A stretch of 64,000 nucleotides of DNA, taken from IMG/VR virus record IMGVR_UViG_3300030012_002808. One strand, 5' to 3'. Made by a program: the position numbers and the translations under genes. The DNA is from an uncultured virus (IMG/VR IMGVR_UViG_3300030012_002808). Lineage: Duplodnaviria; Heunggongvirae; Uroviricota; Caudoviricetes. Under the pieces are notes generated by a model. That model did not search any database. It worked only from the letters and a program-made list of their open reading frames with translations, and was not told the origin of the DNA. The stretch's first letter is position 1. Each line of letters begins with the position of its first letter. Shown here one piece after another: positions 35,301 to 47,200 of the stretch.

Positions 35301-38257
35301 TCATCTTTATAAGCAAACATTAAATTTGAAATCTGTTTATAAGCTTCTCCAACATCAAATGTTTTATTTTTAATTTTAGCTTGAATACCACTTATTTCAT
35401 TAAAAAGAGCATTTCTTGATTTCCAGTATTCATCAGTATATTTAATTTTTAAATTCTGTCTTTTCCACTGTTCTACTTTGCGTACAAAATCACCACTTCC
35501 TCTTTCTATACCTTCACCTTCTAATTGATTTAAAAATTCATTATATGATAATTGAAGAGAACCAGGTACAGGAATCATTTCACGAAATTGAGTACCCTTT
35601 TTATTTTCTTGTAAGAACTCAGCAATACTTTTATCATAAATACCTTTTTCAGGATCATCTACTTTGTCAGTACCATCCTCATATTGCAGTGAAGATAGCT
35701 GCTGATAATCTCTCCAAGCAGCTTGTATAGCTGGATAATTTTCAAGTCTGTCTAGCTCGTTATCAAATTGATTTTGTAGGTTATTAAATATCTGAAGTTT
35801 TTCTTGACGAATAGTATAAGCTAACTTACCAATATCTGAATCTTGAAATCTTGATTGTTGTTCATAATACTCTGGCACATATTCTTGCCACATATAATCA
35901 TTATTGAACTGTTGTAATTTTTGTCTAGCATCAGCTAATTTTTGAAGATCCCCTTCTTGTCTTGCTTCTTCTACTGCAAATTCTAAAATATCTTGTTCAT
36001 ATCTCCAACCATTACCAAACTTATTTAGAAAAACATAAATTTCCTTAGCAATAGGTTTACCTGATTCCTGGTCAAAAAACATTACAGTATCTTTTTCACC
36101 AAGCATTTCTCTCATTTGAAAAGTATTCAGTTTAGAAAAATTTACTTTAGGTAATAGATCTGCTAACTTTTTTCTAAAAACCATAGATTTTCTCCAAACT
36201 TCATTCTCAACTTCTGTTCTTTGATTCTGTATATATATAGATAAAGGACCTACTATAACATCATTAGAAGAACTATAGCTTTCTAACCACCTATTAAAAA
36301 ATGAAACATCGTGAGCATTACCAGTTAATGCATTTTTTATTCTTTCTTCATCAACAACATAATCATTGTATTCTTTAATAAAGGATTCTAATATATTTTT
36401 AGGTACTCCTTTTTTTACTAAAGCATCCACATCTTCTTGGCTAAAACTTTGATCAACTACTTTATCATATGTATCTTTTATTGCATTTTCAAGCTCTTGA
36501 GGGTTTTTAAAAGCTTTTTGAAAAGCAACGTTAAGATTAGATTTAAATCTATCATTAACAAATTCATTCATGTAACCTGTGATTTCTACAAACCACTGTA
36601 CATTATTATCAAGTAAAATTTTAGCAACTGATGTATTAATTCTAGTAATATTATTAGTTATCTCATTTAGTGTTTGATAAAATAGATTACTACTATCTGT
36701 ATACTGACCATTTTCCATTAAAGTAGTGTCAATATCTTTTAGCATTTCTAACCAAGCTCTTGCTGTATTCTTATAAAGAAACATTAGTGCAACTGTATGT
36801 CTATTATTTAAACTAGGATCTGCTTTTATCTTAGCTAAATCTTGCAACATATTTTTACTCATTGTATTAATAGTATCAAAGCTATTAATTAAGGATTGAG
36901 TCTTGTTTTTTATATTGATTGCTCTACGCTCTTCTCCATCAAGAACCTTTTGAATTTTTTCATCTTCAGTATCTTTTGCAAACTCATCAAAGTTTACATA
37001 ATCAGAAAGACTCTGTCTTATTCCTGGTAATAGTTTTGTTGTACCTTTTTGAAATAAAGCTTCTTTAAGCATTTTTTTAGTACGCTTATCACTCTTAAAA
37101 TTTCTAGCGTTATTTAAAACCTGAATGCTTGTATTCAAAGCTGTTTCTATAATTTGCTGAAGAGATTCTACGTTAGTATGGTTAGCTAAATCTTGAGCTC
37201 TTTCATTAACCATTCTAGCATACATAACTAAATCTTGCTCAGTTATATCAGGTGTACCTAGATCAAAATCCTTTTCAAGCATCATTTTTGCTAGCTCATT
37301 CAATGTAGTATCTTGATTGAGCTTACTTACCTTAATTTTACTACCAAATACACCACGTAACATTTTTTTAATTGCCGCTAGCAGCTTTTTAATAAACTCT
37401 TGAAACCCTATAGTTTCAACCTGATCTAAAACTTGATTAAATGATTTCAATTGTAAAGCGTATGCTAGAACCTCTTCTTTAAATAAATCAGAGTCAACAT
37501 CTAATTCAGGATATAAGCTTAAAACATGTTGTTTTATACCTTGACCTTCCTCAGTAGCCATTGCTTGATTGTATAGATTACTAAATAGCTTTTTATTATC
37601 TCTACGTATAGCTCCTAACAATGGATGGGCAAACTCATGAAGCACTGAATTAATACTAATATTATCACCTACGGTATACACAGTTCCTGCAAAGTAAAAG
37701 CTTGGTTCTCCATTATATGGAACAGATGTATTTTCTAGTAGTTTAGCTGCTTCTTGAGGTGTAACATTTTCATAATTCATACTCATACTTAAAGCAAGCT
37801 TTTCTGAAAGAACTTTAGCTATTTCTTTAGATCTTGTATCTCCTAATTGATTTAAATTTAAGTCAATTAAAGGGACCCCCTGAATAGTTTCAAAAGGACT
37901 TTGAAAAGTAAACTCTTGTAAGTTAGGTTCATTTATATCTGGAGAAGCTTCTATAACTTCTTTACGTTTATAAAGCTCATCTAGTTCTGTAAATAAAGAA
38001 TCATTAGGAATGGCCTTATATATTTTAACCTGATTGTCACGCCAATATTTAGATTCAATAACATCTATTTGCTCAGAAATATTAACATCAAAAAGCATTT
38101 GCCCTTGTGTTTTAAGACCATATTTACTTGCTGCTAAAGCAGTTAACTTTTCATTTAACTGATCAAACTTAGTTCTATCTACAATACCACTAACAGCATT
38201 AGTAGCACCTTGTTTTTCTAAAAAGTTAATTGCATTATTCTTTACTTCACATAACAT
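32315..38257 (-). CDS. giant virion/ejection protein with zincin-like HExxH and LysM-like domains
   Basis: 1980 aa; VLHEFAH...EEVLA; GESLEEIAKKYYISVDELKAKN...LEDGQEIVI; adjacent to the vRNAP gene. Confidence 0.8.
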   Translation of the reverse strand: MLCEVKNNAINFLEKQGATNAVSGIVDRTKFDQLNEKLTALAASKYGLKTQGQMLFDVNISEQIDVIESKYWRDNQVKIYKAIPNDSLFTELDELYKRKEVIEASPDINEPNLQEFTFQSPFETIQGVPLIDLNLNQLGDTRSKEIAKVLSEKLALSMSMNYENVTPQEAAKLLENTSVPYNGEPSFYFAGTVYTVGDNISINSVLHEFAHPLLGAIRRDNKKLFSNLYNQAMATEEGQGIKQHVLSLYPELDVDSDLFKEEVLAYALQLKSFNQVLDQVETIGFQEFIKKLLAAIKKMLRGVFGSKIKVSKLNQDTTLNELAKMMLEKDFDLGTPDITEQDLVMYARMVNERAQDLANHTNVESLQQIIETALNTSIQVLNNARNFKSDKRTKKMLKEALFQKGTTKLLPGIRQSLSDYVNFDEFAKDTEDEKIQKVLDGEERRAINIKNKTQSLINSFDTINTMSKNMLQDLAKIKADPSLNNRHTVALMFLYKNTARAWLEMLKDIDTTLMENGQYTDSSNLFYQTLNEITNNITRINTSVAKILLDNNVQWFVEITGYMNEFVNDRFKSNLNVAFQKAFKNPQELENAIKDTYDKVVDQSFSQEDVDALVKKGVPKNILESFIKEYNDYVVDEERIKNALTGNAHDVSFFNRWLESYSSSNDVIVGPLSIYIQNQRTEVENEVWRKSMVFRKKLADLLPKVNFSKLNTFQMREMLGEKDTVMFFDQESGKPIAKEIYVFLNKFGNGWRYEQDILEFAVEEARQEGDLQKLADARQKLQQFNNDYMWQEYVPEYYEQQSRFQDSDIGKLAYTIRQEKLQIFNNLQNQFDNELDRLENYPAIQAAWRDYQQLSSLQYEDGTDKVDDPEKGIYDKSIAEFLQENKKGTQFREMIPVPGSLQLSYNEFLNQLEGEGIERGSGDFVRKVEQWKRQNLKIKYTDEYWKSRNALFNEISGIQAKIKNKTFDVGEAYKQISNLMFAYKDEFNQPISTEMGNERLRRIKELQQDILDYQQESESRTGLTSQQLEELRNLTAMNNRGEISPGSAEADRFIYLSDLQEDIGLSSEDQVRLKELFKELGSMTDTLPTEYYLDALNFSLSKQNIKEISESEVESFINSDEFQEILDNDKAFKDWFELNHIEKTFYNTKTKSLDIKYLPTSANVVKIPSNPDHIETTTIIDTNTNEEVVLLGVPAPRHSRFEVKNEYRTIPFGENREDYVGKYVDNKGNWLPREHGQDQEYSAKDDRFISQRFKQLSANKNSAEYQLLKAMTEYHLDMQKGMSNYGKLYMDMPRYATKTNDIYQKLQRGKYGERFRDLKAGLKNFFSQEFGKSKVDFENDQNYDAKNNLVNTDLNGEQVSYIPITGIYNLDLDITDADVISTMFRYALSIQTQGKLLESLPLVESLLDTLEDPENQLKELDTFSKNQIGLKGKLKQVLKKGATNNRAGQVRSLLEREYYGKQVAGLEENHPMMGKILQKIQGFSSWGSLALNIPADLKNQISGYVQTIIESTGGDFITSKDLALATPWSTKAMLEWTRKGIYGVGPGAISTQLIQIFDPVFKTTDEFGREVMRSMVKDLTNMEWVFMHRKFGEMDVAVKLFGSFLHGQKVTQILSDGTEKSIRYVDAWEKDADGIIKLKEGVHPGWNNVPVYHDYVEGESLEEIAKKYYISVDELKAKNRIKSEIQLEDGQEIVIAKSEKFAGFKNKLQGTSRRLFGVYDRMGAPEGNKYVIYRLFFFMRKWFTPMFVNRFGFDPKTATLTDGGYRYDWALGKYTKGYYISAFQTLVKVIKSKGADYQYLTDQEKGDFRRFASEGLATIMLALISSMLLGFDPDDDDRWKKLKRRSAAYGQGGYDTYGFLANHALLLTLGVQAETTAFIPLPRVAGQNFGLDDYTKMITSTSSAWYNTTTLYAQIFGDVLSFISGNGLPEYQKDTGPYWWQQKGTPKIYKKMFKAIGFTGGTGDPVTVLKNLEGSSTRFS

Positions 38258-38260
38258 ATC

Positions 38261-41200
38261 TTAACATTTAAACGGGTCTTCTTGTAGCTCTAACATAGCA
38301 AGTACTTCTTTATCACTTATACCTTGAGTTTGAGCAACAAGTTCTTCAACAATATCATATTGTGTAGATCCAGGATTTAAATAACCAAATTCTTCAAACA
38401 GCCTTTTACTTAAATATACGAATAATTCTTGAGGTAAATTTTTACCAAAACCGCTTTCTGGAAAAGCTATTACTACTTGTGATTCGTTTACTTTTTTAAT
38501 CTCATTTATTCTACGTTCATAGAGCTCTTTGATACTTTCATATGTATAGGGTGTATTAGCCATGCCATCATTTTGAGCATCTTGACCTGTAGGTATATCT
38601 ATTGACATATCATCAGCTAATGCTACAAATCTACTTTGACCACCAAAGTTTATAGTATAATCCTCTTGTAGCTCTTTAATAGTACTATTATGAATAAAGA
38701 CTACATCTTGATTAGCATTAACTAAGTTTTCATAATAACCTGCTTGAGCGCCATTATCATTATAAGTAAACATATTAGATCTAGCTGTTATAGATAATCC
38801 TAGTCTATTAGACGGTACTATATCTTCATTAATATCTTCTTCAATATCCTCTTGGACCGTCTCTTCTAAATTTCTTTCCTGTGTAGGGTTAAGAACATCT
38901 TTTATTCTAGCAGGATTTTCATAATCTATATTAGCTAAGTAATCTTTAAACAACTTTTTATTTGGGTTATACTTACTATTTTGATTTTGAAATAAAGTAA
39001 AAAAGTTATCTAAAAACTTATTACCAGCTGTATTCAAAGTGTTTAAAAGATCCTTTTCACCTAACTCAAGCAATTGTATAAACGGAGTATAATCTACAAC
39101 ATTAGTAATGCTTACTTTTTCTTTATTTAATCCTGATTGCATAAAAGCAAAAAGCTTAAGATCTGTAAAAAATCTACTAATTCTGTAATTTTCTTCTTGA
39201 TCTATAGATTTAACTACTGAAGGATTAGCAAGATCTAATAAATTTTTTGTGTATAAATTTGACAAATCATTAGTATAATCCTTTTCAGGAATATATAAAT
39301 TAAATACTGTTTGATTTGCATTAGAATCTAGCTGTAGCTTTTGAAGAACTTCATAGTTTGACTTAAGGTTTGGAAACTCATCTAATAAATCCGCATACCT
39401 AATACCAAAAGCATAATTAGGATCTATAAACATATGATATATATTCATAGTATTAGTAAGCGCTCTATGTGATATCATTTTTTCATAAGTATACCTTGAT
39501 TGTTTTGCACTACTCAAATCAGGTTTCATTTCTTGAGTTCTAGATAATTCCGTTGCAAACTCTGTAGTTTTTGATAATGTTTGTATAGGTAATACATCTC
39601 TTAAAGTTTCCCTCTCAAGTACAAACTTTAAATACTCATTATAATTTTTACCACCATTGCGCATAAATGTACCAGGGTTCAAAGCAAACATATCTCTTGA
39701 TTCATAACTAGTATCTGAGTCTGAACCTTCTTCCCAATCTCTATTTATAAATTCTTGTTGCAATGTTTTCTCATCTACATATAAAATACCATCCTTAACA
39801 AACGCACCTCTAGAAAAATTATCTATAGGTTTTGTACGAAAAGATGTTTTAGTTTCAAAAGAATTATAGTAATCTCCTAATTTATATTTTCTTAATTCAT
39901 TTTGAAATAAAAACGAAACTAAATCGTTTCTAAAAGTAGTTGCAAATTGTTCTTTGTTACCACCAGGAAACATCATTGGAATTAAATCTCTTGTAATTTG
40001 CTCATCTTTAACAATCAAAAAGTCAGATACAGCTTTATTAAATCTTAATGTAAACAATGATTTACTTAAGGCAATAGATAAGGGGCCATTAAAGAAAGAG
40101 CTAATAACAGAATCATTCATAAAAGACTCTAATAACTCTGCATGATCACCTACCTTTTCCATGTCTAGATCAGCTTCTGTTTGTTCAACATCAGATATTG
40201 TACTTTTAGTACTTGTATCTGGATTAGAACTAAGCTTAAGTCTGGTTAAACCAGAAACCTGAGCTTCAAGAGACAAGTAGTGTAAAAACATAGCATGGGA
40301 TAAATCACTTTGCTTATCATTAGTATCTATGACTTTACGCATTTCATCTAAAGTAAAAGTCTTATCTTTTCTATTTGAAAATAAATCTGATATTAAATTT
40401 TCACCTGTTTCATTTCTTGCAGAATTTTTAGACTTCATATTTAATCCCGCCACATTATTATTACCAATAACATTACTAGCAGCTTGTCGTTTAGCAAACT
40501 GCGGAGCATTAGGCTCTGTACCTAACAACTTAGCAAAAGTAGATTTAGCTAAACGTTGTTGTTCAACATACTCTCTTACAAGGGGGTTTGAAACAAAATA
40601 AATAGCTTCTTCAACTGGAACACCAGCTTTTACAAGATATAATAACTGAGGTGCTACCTCATAATTACCTTGTATAAAAAAGATCCATGCATCTTTCTCA
40701 ACGTCAACCCAACCATTCATCATTTGTGATATAACATCAGCTATCTTATTTACTCCATCTACATCATATTGATTAGATAAAGAAATTCTATCAGTGTCAC
40801 CAAATTTATGATGTCTCAGATACATATTAACCTGTCTTTTCTCAGATTTATTTTTACCAATATTTATAAACTCAGGCATTTTAGCACCTGCCGCATTCAT
40901 TATTACATTAAATGTATTTTCTACAGCACCTAAACCTAAAGTTCTTTTACCTACAGCATTTGACTCATGCTTATATAAGTTATATAGAGGCTCAAATATT
41001 CTTGTTGGACTAATACCTTTGATATCTACAAACTTACCATCCCTATCCATAACAGCATTAGGATTATAATCCATAACTTTTTTAGAAAGCTTGTCTGCAA
41101 TGTCTTTTAATATAAATGTACCATTAGGTGTAATCAAACTTGCGTAGTTATGTGGCATCTCTAATATCTCTCTGATATCATTGATCATTTCATTCTCTAA

Positions 41201-44200
41201 TCCTGCTTTTTGTTTAGCTATCTTTTGAGCTTCTAATCCATTCTTAGCAATATCTGATTTTAGTGCTTTTGTATCTGAGAACTCAGGTTTAATAATCTTA
41301 CCTACCGCATCTAAGTTATTCATAAAGAATGTAAGCTTATCAATATCAAAGTCACCACCTGATTTAGCTACAATTTCTTCTGGAACTACTACTATATTAC
41401 TAGCTTGTGGCGCCAAGAATTCATAAACCTCAGCAAATTCCATTGAGTTAAGACCTTGTACTGGGATACGTACACCTACTAACGTAATAGCCTTTCTATT
41501 GGCCCCATCATTAGCATCTAACCAAGACTCATCTTTAATCTTTTCATTAAGTCTAGCCAAGCTAGCTTCAATATCTAGTTCACCATTCTCATCAGTCACT
41601 TTAATAAACTCTAATGACCCTGCTTTCTCTGAATATTTTAGATTAAATAGGTTGTAATAATCACCTTGCATAGCAATGGCCACTTTCATAGCAGCTGTTT
41701 TATTACCTTTCTTTTTATCTCTAAAATATGTAGGCAAGTTTATACCATATAGCGCGGATGATTTTTGAACTAAAGGTTCACCTTTAATCTTAGGCTTTAT
41801 GATCCTCTTGTTTATAATAGATAATAATACTTTCTCAATTTTGGCAGCATCTGGATGAAACGAGGTATCATGTTGTAGTTCACCACTGTCAAATACATCT
41901 ATAAATTCAATAAGATTATCACTTAGTAGATCTTCTCTTTCTAAATTAGTTCTAATTATTTGGACTAATTTAGCGGTACTACCTGGACCCTTGGGTACAA
42001 AATTATTTTCACCATCTTCTTTGTATCCTATTTCTTCTAATAATTCAAACTTAGCGAGCTCCGTATAATCAGCAACATGATCTAAATATCTTTTTACTTT
42101 TTTGCTAGTTATTTTAGAATCATCTGTAGTATCAATAACCCCTTGAGTATACAAACCTTCTAGTATAAGTTTTCTCATCTGAGTTGAGAATATTGATTTA
42201 CCCTTGTAAGATTTATTTACCTCTGTCTGATTTTTTAAATACTCTGCAAATATTACATTTTTAGTAAACTCTAATTCATTATTAAACTCACCATTAACTA
42301 ATACTTGATCACCTGAACCGATGTGAGATATCTTTGAGCCTGATTCAAAAGTTACATAATCAATTTCTTGATCCATCATTTTCATATGCATCTGATGAAG
42401 TGGAGATGTTTCCTCAACAACCCCTGGGACTAATGGCGCTAAAGAGAACTTATGAAAAGATGTTACAGGAAGACCCTTATTTTGTATATTACCGAAGTAC
42501 TGTACCTTATAAGGAGGGAAATACTCTATTAAATCTTCTATAGCTAAACTTTCACCTAATGCTACTTTTCTATAAAGACGCTCTTGATTATCTGTCCAAT
42601 TATTCTCAAGCTTTTTAAGCATTCTATAAGACTCAAACGTAACATACCCTTGCCCATCACCAACTTTCATACCTAAGTATTCACCCATAGCGGTTTTAGC
42701 AAGCTTTTTAGCCTTACTCCGATTTTTAAGTCTTTTAAAATAAACTGACTCTAAATGCTTTAGATACTCCGAATACATTGGAGAATCATTTTCAATCTCT
42801 TGAATAATTGCAGTGTTAAATGTTCCATCATACCTACGCATAGGTTTACCTAACCTTTCAGCATAATATCTTTTAAATATAGAATTATCATTAATAAACT
42901 TTTGAGCTCTAAGATCACTACGGAAACCTCTTCCTCCTGCACCTAGACCAGCATTACGTTTATGAAACTCTTCTTTAGCATGATTATATTGAACAGCATC
43001 ACCATAGGCCAATATAGTTGTTTCAAACTTATGGATCCATGAATTATACACATATGCTTTAACAAGTACTTTCTGCAGCTCCTCGGACGTTAAATTGTAA
43101 CCCCTAATATCTACTTTATCCAACAAAGATTGATCTACATAAGAAGCTTTACTTAACTTGTTATTAGTCTGCTCTGTAACACGATCAAAGTAATCTTGGA
43201 TATCTTGACGAACATTTTCTAATAACTCAGCATCTGCCAATAGAACAGGTTTAAAATTATAATTTGGATTATTTAATTTTTCAGCATCTTTAACTTTAGC
43301 ATATATAGCTTTCTGTGTATCATAAGATAATATATCATCAAAGGCTGTTAATGCTGATCCAGCATCTACTTCTTGACCCAACTTATTTTTAACTTTTCTA
43401 TTATAACCTTTAATATTACTATAGTCACCAATATTATAGCGAACAATTCTATTAACCTCACCAGCTAAATAATTAGTCATTATATCTGTACCACGGTCTT
43501 CTCCAAACCTTCCTGGCATAAAAGCTTGAACATCTACATATAATTTAGCACTAGACTTACCATCATAAGTATTTATAGGATTACTAGTTGTAATACCCAT
43601 TGCTGTATTTTTAGAAGCATGGCGCATAAATTCTTCTACACCATTTAGCAGCATACTATGAAACTCTTGTAACATCTTACTAGTTGAGTCCATAGAAGCA
43701 GTATTACGTCCTACAGAGTTTTCATTTTTATCTATTAATTGAGTACCTGCTACATTTTGTAAAACTAATGCATTCTCTTTTTTCTCACCAAATGTACTTG
43801 ATCCTTCTTTTAAATCAAAAATAGAACCTAGTAACACTGAAAATTGAGTTTGAGTATTATTATCAGGATTCATCCAATACATATGTTTGAATAACTGATT
43901 AGGATCCGCATCTCTATAACCCGTAAGCTCTTGCCAACTACTAGCATAGTTAATTGATGTAACCATTCTAGTGATAGTATTATCTAAAAAATGTTCCCAC
44001 ACCCTACTTTTTTCTGGGTTAGTAACACTAAAGTTTGAAAATCTATCTGAAAATTGATTTTGTAATTCAGCTAAAACTCTTAATCTACCTCTGACATCTT
44101 CATTACCTTTACCTTCAAATAAATTCTTCAAAGGATTCATTGCAAACTCTTCTTTAAAATCTTTATCTGTAGATTTATTTACATTTTCTAAAATTCTATA

Positions 44201-47200
44201 AATCTGATCAACTCCAAATCTAATTGCAAACCGTGGATCATTAACAATATTTTGAATAGCAACACTAGACATATCCATTTCTACACCAATGGCTCTTAAA
44301 AAACTATTAGCTTTTTTATAATTAAACTGACCATTTGTACCAAAATCTTTAAGAACTTCATCTATTTTTAATACAGGTCTTGTTTTAACTTTACTAACAT
44401 ATGGATTTGTAGTAGAATCACTAACTTTAAAATTAACTTCCCAATCTCTTCTAACTTGATATACATCAAAATTAGTTCTAGACATTCTAGCGCCATAAGT
44501 ATCTCCTTCATCTTTATTAGACTGTAGATTTAGTTGTACATATGGTATTCTAGGCTTTTTAAAATCTTGCCAAAAACTAGTTTCTAGATCAAACTCAGCA
44601 CCATCTTTGTACTGTGCTCCAGGATTAGGTAGTAGATTTAAAAGCTGAGATAGTTCAGGATAGTTTTGAGAGTTCTCCATGATCCTGTTGTACATATCTT
44701 GCTCATCAAAAGAACCTTGTAAAATTTTAGCTAACCTATTCCAAGTAATATCTATAGGTTGTATATCAGGTATACCAAAAAAGTCATTAACTATTATAGC
44801 CTCGCCAGCATCATTCTTTTCAACTTTATTAATACTAGCTAAAAGCATTAATGTGTCCATACCAGCAAGTTCTCTTGAAGATATGGTATTACCACCTTCT
44901 CTTTTAAATAGCTCACTAGCTTCCAAATTACTTGGGTCTTCTATTTCAACAAAAGTATCACCTAAAACTTTATAGATTGATTTTTCAATATTATATGAAA
45001 TAACATTTTCTTGAAGTATATCAGTTTCAAAAACTTCTACAGGATCACCAAAATTGTCAATAATCTTATCTAGAAGAGTTAGTTTATCTTTTAAATCTTT
45101 TTCTAGAACTACATCTGGATTTTCTACTTTGTCATTGTTTTCAATAACTTGATCATAAATATCTCTATACTGCTCTCTAATACCAAAAACTTTATCAGAG
45201 ACATCTTGATATAAAGCTATTTTATCATCTGTATTTCTTAATATCCTAAGTCCAGCTGCAGTAGTTTTCTTTTCTAAATTGTATAATCTTATCTCATTTG
45301 CAATTAAATTATCTACAAGTTTTGAGGCTTTAATAGACTCATCAATAGAAAAGTTTTCATTAATTGTTTTAGACCTATTTAGTTCAGTGAATATAATATT
45401 ATTCATTGAAGGTGTAAGGTTAGATAAAATTGAAGGGTTGTCAGAAGCTCTATATAAATTTTCAAATAATTCTTTAACTACAGGTATATCAAGTGGAGTA
45501 CTAACAACATCTCTTTTACTAACACCTGTAAATAAAGATTTTAAAAAGTTATATATCTTTCTAAAGATTCTACCTATAACACCTTGACGTTTTTGTTTAC
45601 CTTTTGATATAGCAAAAGTTCTAAAAGATTCTGCTAAGTCTTCTTCAATTTCTAAAAATGATTTGTTTTTCCACTTATCATTTTTCATAACCTCATTATA
45701 CAGTGAGATCTTTTCTTTTCTTGTTAAAAACAACTGTGAGAAACCATGCCATGCTTCATGGTATACATCTACAGATGTACCACCATCTCCTTCATATAAA
45801 GTTATACCAAAGTTTTGCCAAGTAGCATAAGCATCTGAATTTACTATTTCAGTAATTCTAGTTAAACTAATATGTTTACTTAAAGGTGAATTGCTCCACC
45901 AAGTCTCAGCTGCATCACGATCTTTTTTAGATGTAAAAACTTGCTTCAAATAAGCTTTTTCACGCTTAAGTTTTCTAGAACTATTTAAATTACGACCAGG
46001 TGTATTTAAAATATCATCTAATAAATTTACCTTAGTTGCAGGATTATTTTCTACAGCTTCTTTTTTAGACTCAGCCTTTTTAGCTTTAAACTTTGTCTTT
46101 TTCTTTTTAGGAGCTTCCTTATCTTTTTTCTTAGATTTAGCTTGTTCATATCTTTTTTCAATATCTGTTTTTGTTCTTGTTTTAGGTCTACCCACCTCAT
46201 ATGCTTCTTCTGAAGCAGGTAAAAGATTGTTAGGGATAGAATAGTTCATATATGCATTTAACCCATTAAAGTATGCGTTATCTACATCTTGAAATTCTAT
46301 TTTCATAAAAGGAGCTATAAAATCAAAATACTTTTGTTCATTAGTAGTGATTTTACCTTCTGATATATTGTAATCTGTAAAAGACCCATTTTTATATGTA
46401 CCATTAAAATGCACATTAGCTGGATATGTCTTCACACCTTTAAAATCAACAGCCGACATTAAATGCTCTTTTATTAAAGTTCTAGTATCTTCAGTATAAA
46501 GATCTTCTTGTTTAATAGTCTCACCTTTTATTTTAACTACAAGTTGAGGTACATTATCAATAACTCTCATTTTTGCAGTTATTCTATCTCTATTTGTTCT
46601 CTGACCTCTTGGTATAGAGTTATTTATAAACACCTCAAAATAAGCTTGTCTTTGTTCAGGTGTAAGCTCTCTTCCATTCAGTGTAGCCTTTGTAGTTAAT
46701 ACGTCAGCAATCTTATCTGCAAGTTCAGATGTGATATCTCCTCTTTGAAAGTAAATTTGTTGATCAATAGTTACTCCAGGTTTTTTTCTAGATACCATAA
46801 TCATTTGATACCCCTTCTTAGGACCTGTAGTTATTTGCTCATATTGCTTCACATCCTCTAAAGTAAGACCAGCTTGTGATAAAGACATTGTTCTTGTCCT
46901 ATCTGTTTGGATACCAAAACTACCACCTGTAATTGGTAGTAATACTGCAGCGTCCTCCTCTGATAATAAAAACTCTCTTAATCTATAAAGCTCATTTAAT
47001 TGTAGCTCTTGCTGCTCTGCAATTTCTTTTACTTTCTGCTCATAAAATTCTTTAGTAACCTTTTTAGCTTTTGGTTGAGCTTCCATTTGCTTAACTAATC
47101 TAGAAGCAATAATTTCTGGTTCAACTAGATTATAATGTCTTTTACTTCTATTAGATAGTAATAGTTTATCACCAACTAAATTTACTTGTCTTAAATAACT